Positions 36,802-50,640 of a stretch of 64,000 nt of DNA are shown here, in pieces. A program made the position numbers and the translations under genes. Each line of letters begins with the position of its first letter. Within the stretch, counting starts at the first letter, position 1. The DNA comes from Octopus bimaculoides (Eukaryota), in NCBI RefSeq assembly GCF_001194135.2, contig NC_068985.1, forward strand, positions 106,411,462 through 106,475,461. Reading direction: 5' to 3'. The notes beneath the pieces were generated by a model, which was not told the origin of the DNA, did not search any database, and saw nothing but the letters and a program-made list of their open reading frames with translations.

Positions 36802-39537
36802 CACTCATCATTTAACATGTTTTCCATGCTGGCTTGGGCTGGATGGTTTGACAGGATCCAAAGAGCTACAGGACTACATTGAGCTTCAATGTCAGCTTTA
36901 GCATGGTTTCTATCACTGGATGCCTTTCCTAATGCCAAGCACATTACAGTATGTACAGGGCAGTTTTCTCATGGCACCAACACCAGTGACATTGCCAAAT
37001 AACTTGGAAGAGAAGAGAAGGAAAAAGCATCCTTGATGGTGTGAGTGAAGTTACTGGAGGAGAGGAGGTGGCTTTATGCCAAGTGTTAGGGAAAGGCATA
37101 TTGCTCTACAGGCAATACATGGTGACACCACATTATATAGAGGTGGGTGGGAGTAGCTGGAAAGAAGACATAGTGATAAGGAGATGCTAGAGCATTTCAA
37201 GATACAAGAATGGGAGTATCAATGAGAAAGCAGAGTGGAATAGGGGAAGGAGAAGGAGAGAGAAGGCAATTTCATTTGAGTGTCAGAGGGGAACAGGTGT
37301 TAAAGATGGGTGTACAGGTGGATATAGTGTGTGATGAACAATGGTGGAGGTGTGGTTGATGAAAAATATCACTATGGAAGGGTGGAATACACACACACAC
37401 ACACATAATGATTAGTTGTTCATTTCATATAGACTTTTCCACACTTGCTTGAGTCAGATGAAATTTGTTGAGGCAGATTTTCTCTGGCCAGATGCTCAGC
37501 ATGATTCCAACCATTACCTGTTTCTAAGCAAGGAAATAATATTTCTCCAGGGCCAGATATGTTTTTCACAGAAAACTGGAAACAAACAACATCACTTGTT
37601 TAATGATGCTGCTCATTTACAACCATCATATGATGATTGTACAAGGGTGTACACACACACACGAGGAGCATATTTCAGAGTTTGCTCAAAAGGCTTTGTT
37701 AGTCCAAGGGCAGAAGTAGAAGACACTCACCCAAGGTGCCACACAATGAGATTGAACCTGAGACCATATAGTTGGGAAGCAAGTTTTTTTAACCAGAAAG
37801 TCATGCCTGTGCCTATATGGGCACTTTTACATCCATTTTTCTATGCTAGCATAGGTTGGGCGAATATGTAAAGTTCTTCTTTTACTGCTGGATACCCTTC
37901 CAATTGCTAATTCTTATCTGCCATGCAAGTAAACAGATTTCTTTTATTCCACTCATGTTAGAGAGTACAGAACTACAGGATGATTTCTTTTGCTGAACAT
38001 TTTCATGCGAGGACAAGGAATGTAAACATTTACAGACATATGCACAAACATACAGTGATATTCAACAGGTTTGCATAAGCTTCCAGCCACTAATTTCACT
38101 CATAAGGCATCATTGGACTAAGGTCACAGTTCAAGACATGTGGTTGAGAAGTGAACTTTATAATGATACAGCTATGTCTAGACACACACACACACACACA
38201 GATACAACTGTGTGTATCTGTGTGTTTCTTTGTAAATATATGTCATAATTGATGGTGGAACTTGAAGTAGATTAAGCTGTAAATAATAGAGTGTAAATAC
38301 TAGGTTAGAAAAACCGCTTGGATGAAAAAGTCAAAGCACCCTTGAAGTTTCTCAACTCTTATGACACAAACAACATGTGTGTATGCGGTGTGTGTGTGTG
38401 AGAGCATATGCATGTGTGTAAGTGTGGGCGTGAGTGGCAACAAGGTGGCCAGTCACACTACAGAGAAAGGTGTTAGGTGGACTTTGCTGGAATGTGACAG
38501 TTGTCCTTCCATACTTACAATTGGTGATGCCATGTATCTCCAACCAATGACATTGTTCATGTCACAAGTATTTCAATGTCTATAAATATTTCGTTTTGTC
38601 TTGTGTAAGTAGGAGAGACAGTGTTTTTAGTTATAGTGTTGTGGGCATGTTTTATGTTGTTATAACATTATCCCTTGGATGATTCAGAAAAATTGTGCAA
38701 CTGGTAACAGGGAAAGCAAAAGAGTTAGAGGCTGCTGCAGCAACAGACTATGTCTTTTGTATATCCAAGTGTTTTCATTTTGAGTATCTGTGGAAGTGGC
38801 AGAAATACAGCTTATAATAATAATATGCTTCAAATGTCTGTGCATATCCAGCCGTAGAAACCAAGTCAAAATAGACAGGGGCCTGGTGTAGGTCTCCAGC
38901 TTACCATCTCCAGTCAAACTCTCTAACCCATACCAGCATGGAAAGCAGATGTTAAATGATGATGATGATGACACACATATGTGTGCACTGTCAAACAAAC
39001 ATGAGCACTTTCACATGCACACATGATGAACTTTTAGCTTCCACCTGCCAAACTCACTCATAAGGCTTTGTTTGGCCCAAGGATGTAGTAAAGGCACTCG
39101 CCCAAAATGCCACACATGAGACTGAACTCAAAACCACTTGCTTGGAAAGTGAACTTCTTAACCCACATGGCCATGCCTACATGTATGTGGGTGGGTGGAT
39201 GGATGGATGAATGGACAGGTAGATAGTTTACATAAGTGTCTGCAGTTACATTTATAATGTACATGTGTGTGTGAATGAGTGCATGTCATAGTTTTCTATT
39301 GTTTTAATTGCTTTGGTCATGTGACTTCGGCCATGCTGGAACACCGATTTTAGTCGAAAAAAATCGACCCCAGGATTTATTCTTTGTAAGTTTAGTATTT
39401 ATTCTATAGGAGTGTTTTGCCAAATGACTAAGTTATGAGGATGTAAACACAGCAACATCAGTTGTTGAGTGATGGTGGAAGTATAGACACACAAACACAT
39501 ACATATAATATATATACATACACATATATATACATAC

Positions 39538-39608
<71 letters not shown>

Positions 39609-39615
39609 TACAAAC

Positions 39616-39670
<55 letters not shown>

Positions 39671-40572
39671 AAACACACAATATATATACATATATATAAT
39701 ACATACACACACAGTATATATATATATACATATATATATATACATTGAGTGGTTGGCGTTAGGAAGGGCATCCAGCTGTAGAAACTCTGCCAAATCAGAT
39801 TGGAGCCTGGTGTAGCCATCTGGTTTCACCAGTCCTCAGTCAAATCGTCCAACCCATGCTAGCATGGAAAGCGGACGTTAAACGACGACGACGACGACAC
39901 ACATGTATTTATGTATATATACACACGCACAATACTGAATACATGTTATCAGATCTCTCCACTCATGTACACGTGTCACCAAGTCAACCATGTTTTTCAG
40001 GGAAAAAAGGAATTAGAAATAATAGTGAAGGGAAAATAATAGACATATATTATATGTCTATTATATATATTATATATATTACATGTCTATATGACATATA
40101 TTATATGTCTATATGGGAAAATAATAGAAAATAACAGACTGATTGACTGAATGGCAGAAAGATACACAACTGACATGAAAATCTTCTTGAAAAAAAAACA
40201 AACCATACCACCAACTTTACAAGTTTCCCAAACTCATCATAGGATTTAAATCTTTCTTCTCAAATTATTGATGCTACATACACATTATATAACCTAATTT
40301 TAATAAACGACCAGTTTGTCATTTCAATACTACATTAAACATATTGCTGACCTTCTTTCCTCTCTTTAGTTTATAGAGGATTAGGTGAATTGGCTATTAA
40401 ATAGCGAGTTGAGAGGCTGGTGTTGTGGATCTTGCCTGTGCCCACATGTAAGAGCTGACTTGTGGCTAAACAAGCCCTTTAATAATCACCTCCAACAAGT
40501 AATGTGACTGTAGGAAAAAATGTCATGTCTTTGGGGACACAAGTGTCTCATGAAACATTAATATATCTATAT

Positions 40573-40690
40573 AGGAGCAGACATGGCTGTGTGGTAAGAA
40601 GTTTGTTTCCCAACCACATGGTTCCAGGTTCAGTCCCACTGTGTGGCACTTGGTGCAAGTTTCATCTACTATAGGGTTGGGCTGACCAAA

Positions 40691-40730
<40 letters not shown>

Positions 40731-40735
40731 GTATG

Positions 40736-40769
<34 letters not shown>

Positions 40770-41017
40770 TGCATGTATATGTGCATGTGTATGTATCTTT
40801 GTGTATGTGTTTGTCCTCTACCACCATTTGACAACCGGTGCTGGTGTCACCATAACTTGGCAGTTTGGCAAAAGAGATTGATGGAATAAATACCAGACTT
40901 TACCAAGAAAACAAAAAGAATATTAAGTACCGGGGTCGATTTGTTTGACTAAAATTCTTCAAGTCAGTGCCCCAGTATGGCCATAGTCTATTGATTAAAA
41001 CAAATAAAAGATAAAAG
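40573..41017 (+). mobile_element. SINE family A copy
   Basis: GGAGCAGACATGGCTGTGTGGTAAGAAG head, expanded (TA)n(TATG)n middle, GGGGTCGATTTG 3' block. Confidence 0.8.
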
Positions 41018-42414
41018 GTTATTGCAAGTATTTGGAATGTGCAGCTTAGAGGTGTGGAGAGTACAAAAAGTTATAAAAATCTTACTCTAGCAAAGTACTA
41101 CTACTACTACAATGATGATGTTGTCATTGTTGTCGTCATCATCATCATCGTCATCGTCGTATTTTAATGTCCACTTATCCATGCTTGCACAGGTCAGATG
41201 GAATTCAGTAAGGCTGATTTTCTTTAGCTGGAAGCCCTTCATGTTGCCAATCTTCACCTGTTTCCAAGTCTAGGACTCTCGTTTGTTGGACATGTTTTCG
41301 GAAAAGAGTGATGGTGACACAATTATAACACAATGTCAAGACAAGGAGACACACACACACACACACACACACACACGTATACAGATATGATATGGGCTAC
41401 TTTCAGTTTCATTCTACCAGATTCATTCACAAGGCTTTGGTTGTCCTGAGGCTACAGCAGAAGACACTTACCCAAGATGCTACACAGTGGAGCTGAGCCT
41501 GAAACCATGTGGTTGTGAAGCAAAGTTCTTAATCACATAGCCATGCTTATCTGTGTGTGTGTGTGTATCTTTTACTTTTACCACCTACCCTCAGACTAAG
41601 GGACTCTCATCCAAAACCTTCATATTCCATGCCAGCTCATTGCCTTAAAAATAATGCTTTACTGACCACAAAGGCTGAAAACTTCGGATAATACAAAAAC
41701 AAAGAATAGGTAGAGTAGGGAGCAAGTTGTGACTATTTGAGCCCAAGACTACACTGTTTATTTACCGACTCAAGAAAGATGAAAGGTAAAGTTGACCTAA
41801 AGGATTTGAACTTAAGACAGTGATTCTACCAACACACACACACACACACACACACTAACAGAATAGTCTGATTCAGTTAGAGAGCTCCTAAATGATCACT
41901 TGAATGCTAGAAATAGCAGCCAAATTTTTATCAAGTCACCTCCAACTATTTAAAAAATAAAAAAAACACACGTTGGATAATGTGATACCCACCAAAAAGA
42001 AAATGAGAGACTGGTAATGGCTGGAGTAGCTTTGAATCATAAGCCTGCTTGGATGAAGATCAAGATTGTCTAGGGGCTAAACAACAACCTACACAAATTC
42101 AAACTGAATATTAACCTGGATGAAAGTCACCCACGTACCCCTGTAGGAAGAGCTGATGTCATGGGTAAACTACTTTTTTAAGCACACTGATAAAAAGTAC
42201 AGTCATACTGACAAACTTAGAGAAACAAAAATAACTATAGCTAGACAGATGCATACATTAACTGGAAGAGAGATTAGAGAAAGATAGACAAAGATAGACT
42301 TAGATAGAAAGATAGCTAGACAGACAGACAGATAGATAGATACATACATACATACATACATACATACAGAGACGGATGTATGGACATACAGACAAACAGA
42401 TTAACAAACTTGAC

Positions 42415-42449
<35 letters not shown>

Positions 42450-44284
42450 TGACAGACAGATAGATAAGCAGATAGACATAGGCAGAAAGACCGAGACAAA
42501 TAAACAGAGATAGACAGAGAGATAGATAGATAGAGGCAGACAAGCAGACAGACTGACAGATAGACAAACAGAAAGAGTGACAGACATGCAAACAATCTTT
42601 TTCTTCTATATTAGATAGACAAACATATATAGGCGGGGAGATCGTTGGTAGAGAGAGAGAGGGAGGGAGCGAAAGACAGACACATGGTATATGGACATAC
42701 TGACACAAACACATGCTGTCACAAAAGAGAGATACAAAAAAAGACAGACGAGGCGGGGAATGAAAATACTAGACAGGTGAGGTCTATGTACGCGCGTGTG
42801 GAACAGAAAAGTAGAAGGAACGACAATGTGGAAAGAGACAGTGGTGTGAGTGGGGAGGGAGAGAGAGAGAGAGATAGAGAGGAGAAAGAGAGGGGTGCAG
42901 TGGGTGGTTACCAAGGTGCAATAGTGAACAAGAGAAAACAGCAGATCTGGTTGCCGTGGCAGCAAAAGTGGCGTGATCTCTTTTAATGGCTGGCTTCAAT
43001 GAGCTGACTCACTCCCACCACACACAGACTCAATTGGGACTACCACCACCACCACCATCATTACAGCAGCTGTGTCGACACAATACAGGATAATACTGAA
43101 TGCCCCCTCCCCCACATCTTTCACTCCCACGCTTTTTGAAGCAAATATACAGATAGGTACACTTAAACAGTTATAGACAGCCTATCGAATAACATCAAAC
43201 ACACGAGCCAATAAGTGAGCCACTACGATCTACTAGAAATAGCAGTCAAATCTCCCTAACAGGAAGGACACATTGGATGATGTAGTGTAAAAGAAAAACA
43301 AAAGGGCTCATTAGATAGTGTAATGTGATTTTAAAGTCAGATGATCACAAAATGATCGTAGTATAGCTGTGTGTGTGTGTGTGTGTGCAAGAATTAGGCA
43401 AAATTTGACGTCCCGATTAACACGAATTGTATTCTATATATCTTTTATCTTGCTTGTCATGGCACGGCCTTGAGGAATTTTAGTCAAAATAATTGACCCC
43501 CACCCCTTACACTTAGCTTCTTTTTCAGCATGGTACTTATTCTATTGGTNNNNNNNNNNNNNNNNNNNNNNNNNNNNNNNNNNNNNNNNNNNNNNNNNNN
43601 NNNNNNNNNNNNNNNNNNNNNNNNNNNNNNNNNNNNNNNNNNNNNNNNNNNNNNNNNNNNNNNNNNNNNNNNNNNNNNNNNNNNNNNNNNNNNNNNNNNN
43701 NNNNNNNNNNNNNNNNNNNNNNNNNNNNNNNNNNNNNNNNNNNNNNNNNNNNNNNNNNNNNNNNNNNNNNNNNNNNNNNNNNNNNNNNNNNNNNNNNNNN
43801 NNNNNNNNNNNNNNNNNNNNNNNNNNNNNNNNNNNNNNNNNNNNNNNNNNNNNNNNNNNNNNNNNNNNNNNNNNNNNNNNNNNNNNNNNNNNNNNNNNNN
43901 NNNNNNNNNNNNNNNNNNNNNNNNNNNNNNNNNNNNNNNNNNNNNNNNNNNNNNNNNNNNNNNNNNNNNNNNNNNNNNNNNNNNNNNNNNNATATATATA
44001 TATATATATAAATAAATCAAGAGAGATGGAAGATGGAATATATGAGAACCTTTATTGATCATTACAGACGTTTTGACTCATCTAACACCAATCCCTTGTG
44101 GGTGGAATACTGCACAACTAGATTAGGTGTATCCCTCGGTGTAAATGTGTCTCCTCAGGTGATTCCAAGAGGTAACTTGTTGAAATATGCTCAAGAGTAA
44201 ACATGCTTGGTTAAGAAGTTCACTTCATCACATGGTTAGGGGTTCAGCTCCAGTGTGGATGCTGTTGGCTGGTATCTTATAGTA

Positions 44285-44401
44285 TACAGGGTGTCCACAA
44301 AGTCTGGGTACATGGGGATTAACACATACTTTAAGAAATTATTATTTCTTATATTTAATTGTTATTTACTCCATGTACCCAGACTTTGTGGACACCCTGT
44401 A
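44285..44401. mobile_element. Small Tc1/mariner-type MITE with TA TSD
   Basis: TA-CAGGGTGTCCACAAAGTCTGGGTACATGG ... CCATGTACCCAGACTTTGTGGACACCCTG-TA: perfect 29-bp TIRs around an AT-rich core. Confidence 0.92.
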
Positions 44402-44994
44402 GGTGCTGAAAATGAAATTAGTTGACGATAACTGAAAGAGGCCAGTCATTATTTTGGACAGTCCAAATGTTCCATCATACAATTTGGTTGCAAATTCCCA
44501 TCAACACACCTTTTGATGAAATTCCCAGCTCTTTTGAAATTAATGAAGTTATAAGGTCACATTATTTTTATAAATAAAGCAGCGCCTTCTTCCCAAGCCA
44601 ACTCCTTCTATCCCTTGTCCACAATGTCCCTGTATGTTTCATGCAACCCTTGGATTGCGGAGCCATCTGCGGTTCAAACACCCAGGAAAATGAACTGGAT
44701 TGCAAGCTTGGAAACACGAGATGCAGCCAACACACACACATTTTAATAAAGCACCAGAGTGTGATTCAATTCCTACTGTAATATATGCCCAAAGTGGTGA
44801 AAGACTTGCTGAAAAACGGATCTGTTTTCTTTCAGGTGATCAGTAGGCACCATTCCCTAAGCATACAAGGATATAACAATTATTCATCTGTATTAAAAAA
44901 ATGTGACAGACATTCTTAAAATTTTGGCAAGAAAGCTCTTGAGTTACTTCAATAACCATCACTATCTCCTGTTAGAAAAACCAATGTGGCTTTC

Positions 44995-45590
44995 ACTGCT
45001 ATGGTCTTTGCAATAAACCAGATCAAACAGATGTGTATAGAGAGAATCAGGCCTTGTATATAGCCTCTGTTGGTCTTACAAAAGCTTTTGACACAGTGTG
45101 TTGTGGTAGTTTGTAGAGAATTCTTACCAATTATGGTTGTCAACCCATGTAAATGAGTATGGCATACTACTTTCATGATGGAATGCTAGTGACGTAAGGG
45201 GCAATGGAGGCACATCTGTATTATTTTCTGTCACAAATAGCTTGAGATAGGGTTGTGCCTTAGCACCCACATCTTATAAAATTATGTTTTCAAGTAAAAA
45301 TATGAAAGCAACTTGTTTAATTTTAGAAGATTGCAAGCATCTATGTATCTGTGACCTGTAGTTTCCAGGTGGTTATGGATTACTTGTACCAGAGTAGACC
45401 AGCATGCAAACATATGTGAATCAAGTTTCAAAGGCTTGCAGACAAGTTTGTCCTCATTGTCAGCAGTCAAAAACAGAAGTTCTGTATCAACCTGTTCCAG
45501 GATATGCAATATGCACTGTAAGTACCTTCTGGAATAAAAGAGGGCCTGAGCAGAAAAATGTGGAGAATTTTGAATATCTTGGAAGTACAC
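44995..45590 (+). mobile_element. Decayed RTE/BovB-like LINE reverse transcriptase
   Basis: Fragments MVFAINQIKQ, LYIASVGLTKAFDTV, ILTNYGC, FHDGML, GCALAPT, MQTYVNQVSKACRQ, KTEVLYQPVPG and VENFEYLGSTL, with stops and frameshifts. Confidence 0.85.
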
Positions 45591-47165
45591 TTTTGTATTT
45601 TATGTTTAATTATTTCATTGTATAACAGTGCTCACTTGCTTAGTAAATATTGCTTTCATTATTTTATCACAGTCATAATCTCTCTTTTTTAAACAAACAT
45701 CATGGTAGTCCAACAACAGAGGGAGAAGCAGTTTGTCAAGTTTTACCTTCCCCTCAAAGCAACACAGAGATTTCATTTCAGCAGCCCATCTGTAAGCTTT
45801 GCAGTCTGTGAGAGAGAGAGAGAGAACATTGCAAACAATGAATGAAATAAACATGAAATGAAAAATCATATAAATAAAAGGGCATTTCTACAGATCTATA
45901 TGCCCCCCCAACTTTGTTGCCTCATAACATCCAGAAAAATGAATACTTTTTAACAAAATTATATACAAATACTGCATAGATGTTGTNNNNNNNNNNNNNN
46001 NNNNNNNNNNNNNNNNNNNNNNNNNNNNNNNNNNNNNNNNNNNNNNNNNNNNNNNNNNNNNNNNNNNNNNNNNNNNNNNNNNNNNNNNNNNNNNNNNNNN
46101 NNNNNNNNNNNNNNNNNNNNNNNNNNNNNNNNNNNNNNNNNNNNNNNNNNNNNNNNNNNNNNNNNNNNNNNNNNNNNNNNNNNNNNNNNNNNNNNNNNNN
46201 NNNNNNNNNNNNNNNNNNNNNNNNNNNNNNNNNNNNNNNGACTGCATCTTTGTATGAAAAATGCTTTGAAAACGCTTTTTTTTTTAATATGCCACTCCCT
46301 CATCATCCCACTTCAGACCTATTTTGGCCAACTTATTTTTGCACTTCAAAACCATGAGAAGAATATTTTTGGTAAAAAATTTTTTATAAATGTTAATATT
46401 TTCAGAGGGAAAAATGATTTAAGAGCAATTTGGCTGTTGTTTCTAGCACATCCAAAGACAACCCACCTCGTATCTTTATCACTCTCGCATATATTGATGT
46501 TTTTCAATATGTTTTCCCCATAAGTACTAGGGTTGATTTGTCTGACTAAAAAATGGTGCCCCGGGGTGGCTGCAGTGCAATGACTGAAACAAGTAAAAGA
46601 TAAGATGCCTATGGAGTAACTTTTGCATTCAAAAATACTAGATTTTATAAAAATTGCAGACACAATTGTTTTTTTTTTTAGACAATAACAGTTTTGGTCA
46701 AAATAATTTTTACAAGTCTAACATGAGATACTGACACCATTATAACTTTTTTCCTGGCCTCGCACCAACATCAATTAATTCCAAAAATAAAACAAGAATT
46801 TAAAGTGTATTTTTTTTTTAGAAGAACAAATAAAATAACTGTCATTATTAGGAATGTGTTTGGAACATAGCTTAACAAAAATGTTTTTACACAAAAATTA
46901 TGATGAGAGGTCTTAATTTAAACACGTACTCTTTTAGAAGAAGTTTTGTACCATTTAGCTAAAACATTACAAGTGCCATTTAGGAAAAGCAAGATAATAC
47001 TTTGAAGGGAACTAAAGCCTTGTCATCGATTATTTAAGCAGAGAACCGGTAAATTATAGTTGCTTTCAATTATGATGAGGATACGGTTTGTTGCTCCATA
47101 TATGTTTAAATGTGTTGAAGTCTCACTTAATGTCCTGTGTGCCTGTGTTTGTGTATGTGCGTGTA

Positions 47166-47208
<43 letters not shown>

Positions 47209-48607
47209 ATTATTAATATTTCGTAGAAGCAACAGAGTTTTGTACTCATCAAACTCTTTTTAAATATAACACATTAAACTCTTAACCCTTGAGTCACTCT
47301 GTTGCTTCTGCTAAATATCAACAGAAATATATACTCATATTTTGAGCTCTATTTTGTCTGTTTGCATCACCATACCTATACCTACATATGTATGTATGTA
47401 TATGTGTATCATGCTGGTGCTGGTGCTATGTGAAAGGCATGCAAATTCACTCGTTTAAGTGGTTAGTTTTAGGAAGGGCATTCAGCCATAAAAACTATGC
47501 CAAACAGGCCTCACTGGTGCTGGTACCACATAAAAAGCATTCAATCTACTCTGTAAAGTGGTTAGCATTATGAAGAGTACCCAGCTGTAAAAACAATGTC
47601 AAAACAGACAGTGAACCCTGGTGCAATACTCTGACTTGTCGGGTCCTGTTAACACATGCCAGCACGGAAGACCCACATTAAATTATAATGATGGTGTGTG
47701 TGTGTGTGTGTAGATACAAGCATGGCTGTATGATAAGTATGCATCTTCTACTATAGACCAAAACATTGAGAGGATTTGGGAGACAGAAACTGAGAGGAGC
47801 CTGTCGTATATATTATATGTACATATCTATGTGCATCTTTATGTTTCTGTTTGTCCCCTATCACTGCTTAACAACCAGTGTCGGATTGTTTATGTCCCCT
47901 ATGCTACCAGCAAAAAGAGGCTGATAGCATAGGTACCGGGCTTAAGAAAGTAAGTACTAGGATCAATTTGTTTCACTAAACCCTTTAAGGCCAGCATGAC
48001 TGCAGTCAATTGACTGTAACGAGTAGAAGATATATCTATCTATCAATCCACACATAAACACACACACACATATATATAATCAATAAAACAATGGAAATGA
48101 AATAAAAGAGGAGGATATTGACAGGAATGTTGTGGGTGGAAGATTTGAAAGAATAGGTATCCTGATTATGTGTGTAGGTGTGAGAGATAGATAGAAAGAG
48201 AGAGAAAGAGAGGGGGAAGGTGGGTCAGCTAGTGAAGCATGGGGGAGGGAAAGTTAGAAAGGGAAAGAAAGGGATACAAAGAAGATAATAAGAGGTGGGG
48301 TGAGTGAAAGAAGCTGGTCACAGATTAGTTCTGCTGAGGTTAGAAATATAACACACATAGCACTATCCTTACCACTGTGGTTGCCCTGTCCCTCCTCTCC
48401 CTTCCTTATAGTCTCTGTCTCTCTTTCTCACCCCCCTTCCTGCCAATTACACACAGCTGGAAATGTCCCCACTATTCCCTCCTAACACTACACCCCACCC
48501 CTTGCAACATAATACACACACACACACACACACACAAGCGAAGTGGCCCTTCTCTACCATACATCAGTTATTGTACTCTGAGCATTATTACCACCACCGC
48601 CACCATC

Positions 48608-48639
<32 letters not shown>

Positions 48640-50347
48640 CACCACCACCACCTCCAAAACAAGGATAAGTATTAGGTCCCCTAACAGCAGTGGCATCACC
48701 ACAGACACCTCATGTAACTACCATTAGATTACTCTCCACTGTCACTATCATGTCAACACTTAACAATACTGTGACCACCGCCACCACAATCACTATATGA
48801 GCCTTTACGTGGTCACTTGAAGTGCTAGGAACAGCAACCAAATTAGACCTGTCTTAAAAATGGAAGGAAATATTGGATAATGAAGTCCAAATTAAACAGA
48901 CTGTACGGTCGCGGTTGGAATGGGTGTTCCTTCGGTATTGATCTACAGAGTGCCAGTGTGAGGGAGACGATGTCATTCGCCCTCCTTTTCAGCCTAGCCT
49001 CTTAATGTGTCATAAGGGAAGGTTGTGTGCCAATACCGAAGGATTCCTAACGCAAACCCTAAAACCCTAACCATAACCCTAACACCCTAGTGAAGATCGT
49101 GCAGGTGTTAATCTGAAAAATTACCAATTATAATTGTTATACCTATGTTTATTTTGATATTAAAATTGAAAACAAACTGACCTTGTTTGTAAAAAAAAAA
49201 AATATATATTGGACCTGGATTTTCACCCCCTATGCAAATTTCGTTCCCGCACTTATGACAGGTTGGGCATGGTCGGAATGCCTTTAATCTGAAGCCAGTT
49301 CAATTAGGGGAGGCTGGGAGGGAAGCTAAACAACAGCAACCACTTTTACTAGAACACTCCCACCACAACCACCAATGTAACTGGCCACCACTACCACACC
49401 ACACACATCCCTGTTATCAGCCGAGATGAGAAGAATGGGGTGAGAGAGAGAGAGAGATAAAGAGAGAGAGAGAGGGAGAGAGAGAGAGCAAACAATAGAT
49501 GACCGAAACTGGGCAGGTGTGTGTCGTGCAGCTGCTACTGATGTTGTTACTGTTGTGTTTACTATTACTGGCGATTTTACTATTGTTGATGTTAAGTATG
49601 TTTCCCTCCCCATACACTCCCCTCGGTTAGATCTATTATCAAAAGCGTTCCAGCCGTGACCATCTTGTCTTCTCTCTACGTCAAAAACAACATTATCGAC
49701 TGTATCTTTCCATTTCCTAAGATAGTAAAAGTGCAATTTGAGAGATTTGGCAGCTATTTTTAGCAGGTCAAGAGTGTCTCGAAATAATGAAGGAGGTGAC
49801 TGTTTATAACTGTGGCCATCATCTTAGAGATGTAGGAAGGTCAATGGTCATCAGAAAACAGAGGTGTTCTTATAGAGACATTGCATCATAGTTCTAAACA
49901 TCAAGACTGATCCCTTTTGAGAAAAACATTGATAAGATGTTCACTAAGAGGTGAATACAGGAGCTGAGTGGAGAGTGTGGAAGCTAAGAGGTGAGTAAAG
50001 GAATGAAGAGGTTTCTCAAAGTGGAAATATATTTTGGTAGCTTGTTGGTTACTTCAGAATGAGACATAAGTAACAAATGAAAAATAAAACTTGTAATAAA
50101 GCTTTAATTAAAACTTATTTTGAAAACACACACACACATACCTGATTTGCATGATTCTTTATAAGAATTTGTGTGTTGAAGCAAATTATGTTATATTTGG
50201 GGAGAGTCATATTGTCTCAATACCTTCTTATCCAACACACCGGTTCGATTTCCACTTATATATTTTCTTCCAAAATTTTCGTGGAAATTGAGCTGGTGAG
50301 TGTGTTAGATAATAAAGCATTAAGACAATATACATACATATATATAT

Positions 50348-50640
50348 GCTGAGACCCCCTTCAATCATGACTGACCATGGGATTGCACCTAGAAAGTTAC
50401 TCTCTGGGAAAGGTTGTTTATGGAAGACCAGCAGTCGCCCATGCCACCAGTGTAATCCAAGAGAAAGGCAAAGGCCGATACAGCTTGGCACCTGTGACGT
50501 CGCAACTCATTTCTACAGCTGAGTGAACTGGAGCAAAGTGAAATAAAGTGTCTTGCTCAAGAACACAACACGCAGCCAGGCCTGGGATTCAAACTCATAA
50601 CCCCTCAATCGTAAGTTTGACGCTCTAACCACTGAGCCAT
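50348..50640 (-). mobile_element. tRNA-derived SINE with Nin-like central domain
   Basis: Head ATGGCTCAGTGGTTAGAGCG...GAGTTTGAATCCC, then CTTGAGCAAGACACTTTATTTCACTTTGCTCCAGTTCACTCAGCTGTAGAAATGAGT, which resembles the Nin core as I recall it. Confidence 0.7.

Noticed and set aside
38680-38820. Protein-like frame IVQLVTGKAKELEAAAATDYVFCISKCFHFEYLWKWQKYSL on +
   Set aside because: Bounded by stops, lacks good splice sites, no family recognised.
8540-50640. tRNA-like sequences at 8540-8617, 9862-9935, 35070-35138 and 50560-50640
   Set aside because: They are SINE heads continuing into SINE bodies and lack intact cloverleafs; not called tRNA genes.
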